A stretch of DNA of 55,311 nt from Fibrobacteria bacterium (GTDB taxonomy: Bacteria > Fibrobacterota > Fibrobacteria > UBA11236), in the NCBI GenBank assembly GCA_043732185.1, contig JAYTHY010000118.1, positions 1 through 55,311 of the forward strand, written 5' to 3'. Below are positions 18,636 to 27,082 of the stretch, piece after piece; the first letter of the stretch is position 1; every line of letters starts with the position of its first letter. The translations under genes and the position numbers were made by a program. The notes under the pieces are model-generated. The model searched no databases. It saw nothing but the letters and a program-made list of their open reading frames with translations, and had not been told where the DNA came from.

Positions 18636-19669
18636 TTTTCGATTTTACCATATTACGTCCTAGACTTGATGGAATGGGCATTTACAGCAAGAATATATTT
18701 GAGCGGCTCAATGACATGATCCAAGACGGAACATTACTCATAAATCGGAAGTTCGCCAATGATAATCCCGATGTTTGCCGTGGACGCAAAGTCAAGTTGA
18801 TTCGGAAAGTGCTTCTGCATCGCTGCTCACCTGGTCTTTATTTAAGTTTTACCTCAAAGGAGCTTTATTATTCTCCCACGCATCATGGACCGATTTTCTA
18901 TAATCGAAAGATCATCACCATCCACGATCTTATCCCTCTCCTTATCCCAACTAAATCCATAAAGCAATTTATTTATCAACTTATTTTCATGAGGCTTTCG
19001 GTCAAATTCTGTCGCCATATTATCACCGATGCCATCCTTACTAAAGCGCTCATAGAAAAGCACTTAGGGGTTCCGGGCCAGAAAATATCTGTTATTGTCC
19101 CGGGAACCGACGTTGAGAAAACTGTTCCAAAGCCGATTGCCGACCTTGTGGGCAAGAAATACTTTTTGATGGTAGGTATAAATTCCGAGTACAAGAATTA
19201 CCGTCGTGTTTTGGATGCTTTTCGAAGGATTGGAAATGCAGAAATTGGTATGGTCATTATCAGTAATACTGGAATAATCGCTGACTATTGTTCGAAGTTT
19301 CCGGGCGTAGAAGTGAGGCGTTATATCGAACTTGACGAGCTTGTGTTTTTATATAAAAGCGCAATGGCCCTTGTAAGTCCGTCCCTGATGGAAGGCTTTG
19401 GCCTACCGGCTCTAGAAGCAGCCCGGCTTCGAGTTCCAATAATCACATCCAAGGGATCAACCATGGAGGAATTTTTAGGGGCCGGAAATGCGATCTATGT
19501 ACAACCTGAGTCTGACCATCAAATCGAGACGGCAATGCGTACGGTAATTCAAGGCAATTACCCTGAACACCTTCAGGATCAGGCTTATGAGGCCACAGTA
19601 ACCTTTACCTGGGAAGGGACCGCCGCCAAAGTCGGAAATTTGCTTCACAATGAATTGTCAAAATTATGA
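18632..19669 (+). CDS. GT4 glycosyltransferase (mannosyltransferase-like)
   Basis: ITIHDLIP, YKN, PSLMEGFGLPALEA. Confidence 0.9.
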   Translation: MIFDFTILRPRLDGMGIYSKNIFERLNDMIQDGTLLINRKFANDNPDVCRGRKVKLIRKVLLHRCSPGLYLSFTSKELYYSPTHHGPIFYNRKIITIHDLIPLLIPTKSIKQFIYQLIFMRLSVKFCRHIITDAILTKALIEKHLGVPGQKISVIVPGTDVEKTVPKPIADLVGKKYFLMVGINSEYKNYRRVLDAFRRIGNAEIGMVIISNTGIIADYCSKFPGVEVRRYIELDELVFLYKSAMALVSPSLMEGFGLPALEAARLRVPIITSKGSTMEEFLGAGNAIYVQPESDHQIETAMRTVIQGNYPEHLQDQAYEATVTFTWEGTAAKVGNLLHNELSKL

Positions 19670-20583
19670 AATTTTCGATTCTCATTCCTACCTATAACGG
19701 TTTAGCCTATATTGGACCATTATTCCGGGCTTTGCGATCACAAACGGTAAAGCCCGATCAAATCATTATCGTTGATTCTAGCTCAGAGGACGGCACCGTT
19801 GACGCCATCCTAGCTCATCAGGATGCTTTTAAAATTATCGTGAAAATCATCCCTTCCTCGGCATTCAATCACGGTGGCACTCGCAACTTTGCCGCCAGCT
19901 TTACAGATGCTGACATTCTGGTTTTCCTTACCCAGGATGCTATTCCTGTTGGGCCCGATTCCATCAATAACCTAATATCCAGATTTTCCGATCCTAATGT
20001 TGCATCCGTTTACGGCCGACAAGTGCCTTATCCACAACATAATGAAATCAGCAAATTTCTCCGTGAATTTAACTATCCATGCGTTGATACCTCTAGGGAT
20101 CTCAGTAATTTTCGAGAGTTTGGTATCAAGGCTTTTTTCAACTCCAACTCCTTCTCTTCTTATCGCCGATCCCATTTTTTCGAATCGGGTACATTCCCAT
20201 CGAATATCATATTCGGAGAAGACACCATTCTTACCAAGAAACTGATTGAATCGGGTCATAAAATCATTTACGCTTCTGATGCAGCGGTAACGCATTCACA
20301 TGATTACACACCCTGGGAAGATTTTAAGCGATATTTTGATCTGGGAGTATGCCATGCGCTTCTTTTTCAAACTGAAGACTTGAATCGTGGAGGCGATGGT
20401 CTTAAATATGTTTTAGCCCAGAAACGATGGCTTCTTAGAAAACGGGCTTATGGCCTAATTCCAGTTTCATTTGTTGCCCTTTTCGCGAAATGGATTGGAT
20501 ACAAGTCCGGCCGAAACTACCGACGGGTTCCTAATTGGCTTAGACGCCTAATTTCCATGAATCCCCGATATTGGAAGAATTAA
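19666..20583 (+). CDS. GT2 glycosyltransferase (rhamnosyltransferase-like)
   Basis: ILIPTYNG, VDSSSEDGT, FNHGGTRN, FLTQDA, YGRQ, GED, HSH. Confidence 0.85.
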   Translation: MKFSILIPTYNGLAYIGPLFRALRSQTVKPDQIIIVDSSSEDGTVDAILAHQDAFKIIVKIIPSSAFNHGGTRNFAASFTDADILVFLTQDAIPVGPDSINNLISRFSDPNVASVYGRQVPYPQHNEISKFLREFNYPCVDTSRDLSNFREFGIKAFFNSNSFSSYRRSHFFESGTFPSNIIFGEDTILTKKLIESGHKIIYASDAAVTHSHDYTPWEDFKRYFDLGVCHALLFQTEDLNRGGDGLKYVLAQKRWLLRKRAYGLIPVSFVALFAKWIGYKSGRNYRRVPNWLRRLISMNPRYWKN

Positions 20584-20812
20584 GCCCCTGATTTGCTTTT
20601 AATTGAAAATGCCAAATAGGTTCTAATTTGGTCCGGATATATACTCGAATTTTCTCCGAAAATAGTATTTGAAGCCTTGAATTGTTTATGATTACCAGTT
20701 GGCATCGGCATCATTCCTTGCAAGTGAACCCGGCTCGGACCAGGATCCGAGAAATACTCCTTTTTGCTAGCTTTAGCTTGCGAGATTCTTCGATGAATCC
20801 TGCAACAACATT

Positions 20813-21847
20813 ATGGAGCGACGTCCAGTGAAGACACAAGAACCGGTGCAAACCCATTTGACCACCACCGTTGAGGTTGAAATATTGGATCTTTCCTTTT
20901 TCTTCCGTGATCTCTATAAACGTCGCTGGTGGATTCTATTATCCGGGATTTTGGGACTTGCTGGAGCAATGATATATTGCACACAAACCCCCACCACCTG
21001 GATTTCGGCATCCAAATTGCTGCCTACCGAGGCTAAATCCAAAGGCTCAAATCTTTCTGGATTGGCCGCATTGGCCGGCATCAACATCCCCCAACAAGAA
21101 ACATTTGAAATTTATTATAACGATATTTTGCTTTCCACCGATTTCCTCGACACCTTGCTAAACGTAAAGTGGAGCCTAAGCAAAGATCCAACCCGACAGC
21201 TCCTTCTTACCGAAATCCTTGGTGTCAAAGTCAAACCCTCAGAACCCGATGGGGAAGGCAGGCTACGTAAGATAATGATGGCCAAACTTTCCAAAATGAT
21301 ATTCTTTTCTACCAGTCCCAAAAACGGGCTTATGGATCTTGAAATTACCGCGCCTGACCCCTTGCTGGCTCGCGATATGAACCAATTCCTACTCAATATG
21401 TTGGATCGATACCTTCGCGTCACAAAGAAGAATAAATCATCTGAAAATCGAAACTTCATTTCTCGCAATCTCGAAGAAGTCGGCAGCTCACTTTCCAAGG
21501 CCGAACAACGGCTACTTACATTCAAAGAGAGGAATTTGAGTATTTCCTCTCCCGGACTCCAATTGGAGTTGCAACGCTTAGCCTCGGAAGTCGAATTGAA
21601 TCGGACCATCTATCTCGAGCTCAGGAAGCAACTCGAACTGGCCAAAATCGATGAATTTAAAAATATCGATTTTATAAGCATCCTGAATAAGCCGGAGCTC
21701 CCGGTTTCCAAGAGCGGCCCCAAACGCCGAGTCATAGGCCTGGTATGGACTATCGTAGGACTTTTTCTGGGCATGATGCTTTCCCTGATTGCGGGATTGT
21801 GGGAGCGAAGAGGGATAGAGTGGGTTCGGAATTTGCGACAAAATTAA
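20813..21847 (+). CDS. wzz: Chain-length determinant
   Basis: N- and C-terminal TM helices, LAALAGI motif, coiled coil, P..P..KSGPKR motif. Confidence 0.85.
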   Translation: MERRPVKTQEPVQTHLTTTVEVEILDLSFFFRDLYKRRWWILLSGILGLAGAMIYCTQTPTTWISASKLLPTEAKSKGSNLSGLAALAGINIPQQETFEIYYNDILLSTDFLDTLLNVKWSLSKDPTRQLLLTEILGVKVKPSEPDGEGRLRKIMMAKLSKMIFFSTSPKNGLMDLEITAPDPLLARDMNQFLLNMLDRYLRVTKKNKSSENRNFISRNLEEVGSSLSKAEQRLLTFKERNLSISSPGLQLELQRLASEVELNRTIYLELRKQLELAKIDEFKNIDFISILNKPELPVSKSGPKRRVIGLVWTIVGLFLGMMLSLIAGLWERRGIEWVRNLRQN

Positions 21848-21873
21848 TCCAAGTGCCGACTCGGATTTGAAAA

Positions 21874-23484
21874 CTAATTGCCGTCCAAATTGACCATTTT
21901 ACTTGATTGAATGGTTCGTCCATCCTCGGAAACCATTTTGATCATATAGGCCTTACCCGTAATACTAAGGGCTCGGGCGAAATCCAGGATTTCTGCGTCC
22001 GAACCGAATGTTTGTTTCCTAAATATTTTTCTGCCGATGGGATCGAATACAGTCATAGATGAGCCCCATGCATTGGCGATCGGAGACGCCGAAATAGGGG
22101 GTAGCTCAAATACTCTTTGCGTTCGCGGCAATGGTTCATTCTCGGAACGAAAGGGCGAAGCCGGTAACCCAGCTGAATTGTATAGATTGCCAATGGGATT
22201 GAAGGCAAATGCGTAGCGCACGAAAGCAGGATGGGCGATTTCAGCACTTCGGACAATAACCGTCCCCTTTTCAATTTGCGCCCTGCCCCATACAAATTTT
22301 TTGTCACTTCCAGCAATGGCAAAGCCTTCAAGAGGCGCCCCATTTGGAGTCATCAATCCATCTCCAAGATGTGTGAAATGAATCAGTGCCTTATCTCCTT
22401 CAATTTCCATCGATTCAAACAGCGGTCCGGAATATTCCATCTCCATTCCGTAAACAAGGGCTTTTGCGGGAAGGGCTAACCTCAAGCCTACGTCCCTTTT
22501 ATTATGCGGATGGATGGTGCCGGCCTCTCCAATGTCAATTGCTGAGGCCATTGATGTATTCCGAGTTGTTAAGGATAGCCGCTGAGACTCACGAATTTCG
22601 GCAAACGCACATGTATCCATGGGCTTAATTTGTTTTGGATACCAATTTGCCAACTGCACATAGAAAAAGGGGAAGTCGCCCATATTCCATATTTGACGAT
22701 AACCCTTGATCAGGCTTTCAAAATAGCGACGATAAGCGAATGCTGTCGGATATTGAGAATTCTGCTCCCCCTGATACCAAATCATGCCCCTAATTCCGAA
22801 CCCAACCAAAGGCGCCATACGGGTCCTGAATAAATCGCCATAAATACCAACCGGAATGGTTCTAAAACTTGGTTCATTTGCAATGGTCTGGGGATCCATC
22901 CATCTTTCAATCGTGGTACCGCCAACTGCGCATTGAATCAAGCCAACTGATACACCTAATGTGCGCTGAACCTCCCTTCCAAAAAAATATGCAGTTGCGG
23001 AAAATCCGGGAGCCGTTAATGGAGTACAAATTACCCATTTACCTTTTTTCCTTTCATCCATCATTCTAAGCTCTGGATGATCAGCAACCTTTATTGTATC
23101 CTCATAGTTATTGTAGAAGCTTAATGGCGTTTCCATATTAGACTGGCCACCGCAAAACCAAACTTCTCCAACCATGACATTTTTAATTGTGATGACATTT
23201 CCAGAACTCAGAGTCAATTCAAATGGGCCACCCGCCTCCATGGGATCCAGCAATACCTTCCAAACTGAATCGGATCCGGCCTGGGTGGATTTTTGTTGAC
23301 CGCGAAAATTTACTTTTACTTTTTCTCCCGGACCGGCAGTTCCAAATACCGGGACATAGATCCGTCTTTGCAGGACCATATTGTCTCCAAAAATCTTTAC
23401 GCTAACATTGGCTTTTGCCATAGGAGCGCACATGAAAAGCGCCAGGAAGAACTGAATGGGAGAAATTTTAAATCGGAACATCAA
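21874..23484 (-). CDS. Secreted sialate O-acetylesterase (SASA/SGNH) with T9SS-like C-terminal domain
   Basis: Signal peptide; DNMVLQR, GEVWFCGGQSNM, WYQGE, IHPHNK, VRYAF, LPASPFR; tail VFDPIGRK. Confidence 0.9.
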   Translation of the reverse strand: MMFRFKISPIQFFLALFMCAPMAKANVSVKIFGDNMVLQRRIYVPVFGTAGPGEKVKVNFRGQQKSTQAGSDSVWKVLLDPMEAGGPFELTLSSGNVITIKNVMVGEVWFCGGQSNMETPLSFYNNYEDTIKVADHPELRMMDERKKGKWVICTPLTAPGFSATAYFFGREVQRTLGVSVGLIQCAVGGTTIERWMDPQTIANEPSFRTIPVGIYGDLFRTRMAPLVGFGIRGMIWYQGEQNSQYPTAFAYRRYFESLIKGYRQIWNMGDFPFFYVQLANWYPKQIKPMDTCAFAEIRESQRLSLTTRNTSMASAIDIGEAGTIHPHNKRDVGLRLALPAKALVYGMEMEYSGPLFESMEIEGDKALIHFTHLGDGLMTPNGAPLEGFAIAGSDKKFVWGRAQIEKGTVIVRSAEIAHPAFVRYAFAFNPIGNLYNSAGLPASPFRSENEPLPRTQRVFELPPISASPIANAWGSSMTVFDPIGRKIFRKQTFGSDAEILDFARALSITGKAYMIKMVSEDGRTIQSSKMVNLDGN

Positions 23485-23638
23485 ACTGGACCCGTTTTTC
23501 GACCCACGTGGAATTTTCTGTCGGATTTGAACCCGCGCAGTGGCAATTTACTCAGTGTTTAAAAATACTTTTATTTGGCGACTTCTTTTGGTTTTTACCA
23601 ACTTGGGGCCAAATAGGAGGATCGGAACCTGGATGGCG

Positions 23639-24999
23639 TTATTCAACATTTCCCAGCGAAATATTCCCCTTACCACTACCGAGCATTGAGATACCTAATT
23701 CCTGACCTTGCTCCGCCGAAATGGTGCTAATATTTCCGATTAAAGCGCATTGGTGGGTATCCATCAAAACCAAGCCTCCTTTATCAAACTTTGAGGTGGA
23801 ACCTGATGTCCCATTTCCAGTAACTATGTTGGACGAAATGGCAAAAGAACCACAATGTGCAACCAAGATTCCTGAGGTTCCATTCCTTTCACATGCATTG
23901 CCGACAATGGTCCCTGATTGGGCATAAATTAAGAAAATTCCCGTTTTCTCGTTCGTACTACACACATTACCAGTGATAATCAGGTGTAACTCACGTGCCG
24001 GCCCCCCATTGTTAATGTCGATTCCGTCGTGATTGTTTCTTTCACAGACATTATTTGTTATGCCTACCCGCTTGGCCTTCCAATTGTTGTGGGTATTATT
24101 GAGGCCAATTCCGCTCCCTCCGTTGAACGACCCATCTGGATTGGTATTCGCGTTTTCGGCAATACCGTTCTAGAAGCAGTGATTCCCGGATACCGTGATA
24201 TACTCACCCGAAGCTATCCATATCCCCGACTCTGAGCAATCATGGACGATATTATTGCTGATGATCACATTTTGAACTGGGCACTCCTTGGTGCCCGAAT
24301 TTGATTTATGGGAAACCAGACTGATACCTCCTCGATGCATGGACTTGCGATTAGAAACCGTATTTCCTGTGATGAGAGCCTTTTTGCATCCATCGAGGAA
24401 AATTCCCGCATTAGTCCCTTGAAGGTGATTGTTGAGTATAGTCAGGTCCTCGGTATCGGCATATCCCAAACAAATTCCACAGTCCTCAAAAATGACGCCC
24501 GAGATAAACAGACCCTTAGGACCAAAATCGGACTCGGATTTTTTGGATTGGTCCGCATAGATGGCATCATTACCATCGCTCTTGAAAACCAAATTGACAA
24601 CCGCAACGTTTCGAGTGGAGTGGACGCGAAAATGGGCGCTTTCGCCCTTAAGTAGGATAATAGTGGCCGAACCTACACCTTCAATCCGGATTCCGGAGCT
24701 CAATAAAACAGTTTGCTTGATGTGGTACTCTCCGGTCGGGAATTTGAGGACACCGCCCCGTAGCATCGCATCTATCCCCCTTTGAATGCGTTTGCTGTCC
24801 TCGTCTTCTCCCGGCAGTCGCGGGAAATCTACAATGCTTAAAGCAGCCGTATTTATGGGTGGTAGGACTGTAAGTGGAGGTGCGGGAAAACAGTCTGGGC
24901 AATGGTTGCATTGACCTTTTCAACAACACCCAAAGACGCTAAAGCCGCCAATCCACTTGTCCCGAAAAATCTTCTTCTGGCATTTGAAAAATTCGTCAT
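23639..24999 (-). pseudogene. Tat-exported right-handed beta-helix protein (pectate-lyase-3 superfamily), disrupted
   Basis: ATG 24999 MTNFSNARRRFFG (Tat); frameshift ~24887; DSKRIQRGIDA..GGVLKFPTGEY; in-frame TAG at 24170-24172, after which GN/NN beta-helix repeats continue in frame into ORF 23639..23965. Confidence 0.8.
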
Positions 25000-25012
25000 A
25001 GGAGAAAATGTC

Positions 25013-25413
25013 TCATGGCGCCAGGGTACCCTGAGTAGAGAATTCGGTCTGCTTGGAATTCTCGACGCGCTCGGCCTTGAAATGAAAGAGAAAAAGGCTC
25101 TTCGATACCGGCGCCTTCCATTTAAGCATATGCTGGCCAGCAACAGCCCCTACCTTCCGGATACATTTTAATTCATGACCCCCAGCATCATAAATTGTGA
25201 GCACAAAATAAGCGCGTGTCTTGAAGGTCCGCTAATGGGTTGGCTTTTTCCAGCATCCGGGCTGGCCACCGCAATCCATTCTTCATTCGCATGGCTCAGT
25301 AAAGGCCAAAATAGCAGGACCACCAATGATGCGAACAACATCGCGCGAATACGCCAAAATTTTCTAAGGCTATAGGTAATTCGCGGCCTTTTCTCATCCA
25401 TATTGTATCCCAT
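25013..25413 (-). pseudogene. Remnant of a secreted BNR-type protein: signal peptide joined to a T9SS-like tail
   Basis: ANEEWIAVASPDAG and LTIYDAGG...KWKAP...GTLAP resemble the two ends of ORF 35240..37528; the halves are in different frames. Confidence 0.55.
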
Positions 25414-25441
25414 TCATTATGGCGCATTCTGCTTTTGCGAT

Positions 25442-26941
25442 TTACGGCTTTACCCAGAGGATTCGCTTTTGCATCGCATCGGTTTTGAATTCCACTAGGT
25501 ATGCGCCACTTGACGGTCCCTCGGGTTTCAGGTGATACGATCCGGCATCGCGAACCTCATCAAGTATAATTCCGACACGTTTTCCATTGTAATCGAAAAT
25601 TTGGATGGTAACATTTGTCATTTTAGATAAGGCAAAATTCAATTCTCCGCCCATTGAAAAGATATCATTTCCGGATAGCGCCTTATCAGTCGACCGAAAA
25701 AGGCTGGATATCTTGGCGGTCGTGAAGCTTTGTGTCGATGACCAGTCTCCGACCCCTTTTCCGTTCACGGAATACACCCGCCAATAGTATTTTGTGTCCA
25801 GAGTCAATCCGTTCAAGGATGAGACGGAGTCGGCTAAACTCGAATCAATCAAAAGATAGGAAAATGCCCTGGAATTTGAGACTTGCAGGCGGTAGGAAGC
25901 TGCATCGGGAACTCGGCTCCAGACCAGGTTCGTTGGAATAGACAGATTGGCGGCTCCATCGCCGGGAAACTTGAGAAAAGGTGCGGCAAGTTTGCTGGGA
26001 ACTAAGTTATAAGTCAATAGGACTCCAAATTCTCCAACTGCCCATCCTTTGCCATTTTTCAAAAAAATGGAATGCAGGGAAGGTTTTGATTCACAGGAAT
26101 CTGATAGCCAAGATTCCCCTCCATTTGACGTATGGATAATCCCCATAACGTTGCCCACCGCCCAGCCGGTTTTTGCATCCGTGAAGAAAAGGGAGATTAC
26201 TCTGGAGTAAAACTGGATTTTCGGGATGGATTGCATGGTCCAAGTTAGCCCGCTATCCGAGGTATGCAGGATTGAATCGATATCGCCCCCTATCCATCCG
26301 TTGCTTTTATCCGTAAAAAAAACGGAGTTGAATGTGACCGTGATTCCTGCCGATTGAAGCGTCCATGCGGCTCCGCCATTCACAGTACGGAGAATGGTTC
26401 CTCCGTAGCCTGCCGCCCATCCGTTCTTTGCATCAACGAACGTTACCGACTCCAACGACTGATTGGTTCCGCTAAACTGGGCGAACCAAGTATTTCCCCC
26501 GTTAACCGTATGGAGGATAGTTCCACCGCCCCCTACAGCCCAGCCAGTATTGGCATCAGTGAAAAAGAGATCCATCAGCTTTTCTGTCGTACCACTGGTT
26601 TGCTTGGACCAGTCTGCGCCACCATTAACAGTGGATAAAATCGTACCTTGACCCCCTACGACCCATCCGGTTTTTGTATCTGCAAAACGCACCGAGTTCA
26701 GGTATACCGCAGTTCCGCTGGTTTGCTGAGACCAGGATAACCCGCCGTTCACGGTTTTGGCGATAGTGCCTCCGCCGGCCGCTGTTGTCCCGCCTCCTGC
26801 AGCCCAACCCGTATCCTGATCTGTAAAAAAGATTGAGGAAAAAAAATCACTTGAGATGCCTCCTTGATCAAACCAGTTGACCTGCCCGTTTGAAAGGGAA
26901 ATTCCTGCCCATAAAAAGGCCATTGCGGAAATTGTCTTCAT
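25442..26941 (-). CDS. Secreted YCF48/BNR-repeat beta-propeller with Fn3-like domain and T9SS-like CTD
   Basis: Six ~41-aa repeats F.D..TGWAVG..GTIL.T.NGG..W; WSRVPDAASYRLQVS..YYWRV; IFDYNGK..GAYLV. Confidence 0.85.
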   Translation of the reverse strand: MKTISAMAFLWAGISLSNGQVNWFDQGGISSDFFSSIFFTDQDTGWAAGGGTTAAGGGTIAKTVNGGLSWSQQTSGTAVYLNSVRFADTKTGWVVGGQGTILSTVNGGADWSKQTSGTTEKLMDLFFTDANTGWAVGGGGTILHTVNGGNTWFAQFSGTNQSLESVTFVDAKNGWAAGYGGTILRTVNGGAAWTLQSAGITVTFNSVFFTDKSNGWIGGDIDSILHTSDSGLTWTMQSIPKIQFYSRVISLFFTDAKTGWAVGNVMGIIHTSNGGESWLSDSCESKPSLHSIFLKNGKGWAVGEFGVLLTYNLVPSKLAAPFLKFPGDGAANLSIPTNLVWSRVPDAASYRLQVSNSRAFSYLLIDSSLADSVSSLNGLTLDTKYYWRVYSVNGKGVGDWSSTQSFTTAKISSLFRSTDKALSGNDIFSMGGELNFALSKMTNVTIQIFDYNGKRVGIILDEVRDAGSYHLKPEGPSSGAYLVEFKTDAMQKRILWVKP

Positions 26942-27082
26942 TGGAACTCCAATATTGATTTCGGATAGGGTTAGAGCGATTTAAAAGTCTATTCAAAATA
27001 GTAATCCACGAGTAAGGAATTGTTGTAGCGAAACTTTGGATATATTCATAATGTTCATTTTTTCGCCTTCAATTTCCTCAGT

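Noticed and set aside
24170..24172. TAG recoding (pyrrolysine or alternative code)
   Set aside because: TAG terminates normal genes here (e.g. hom, epimerase 12924..13862), and the same gene also has a frameshift.
26989..27058. Tiny relic of a further lipoprotein (MNIMNISKVS... / LLVDYYFE*) on the - strand
   Set aside because: Too short to distinguish from chance.
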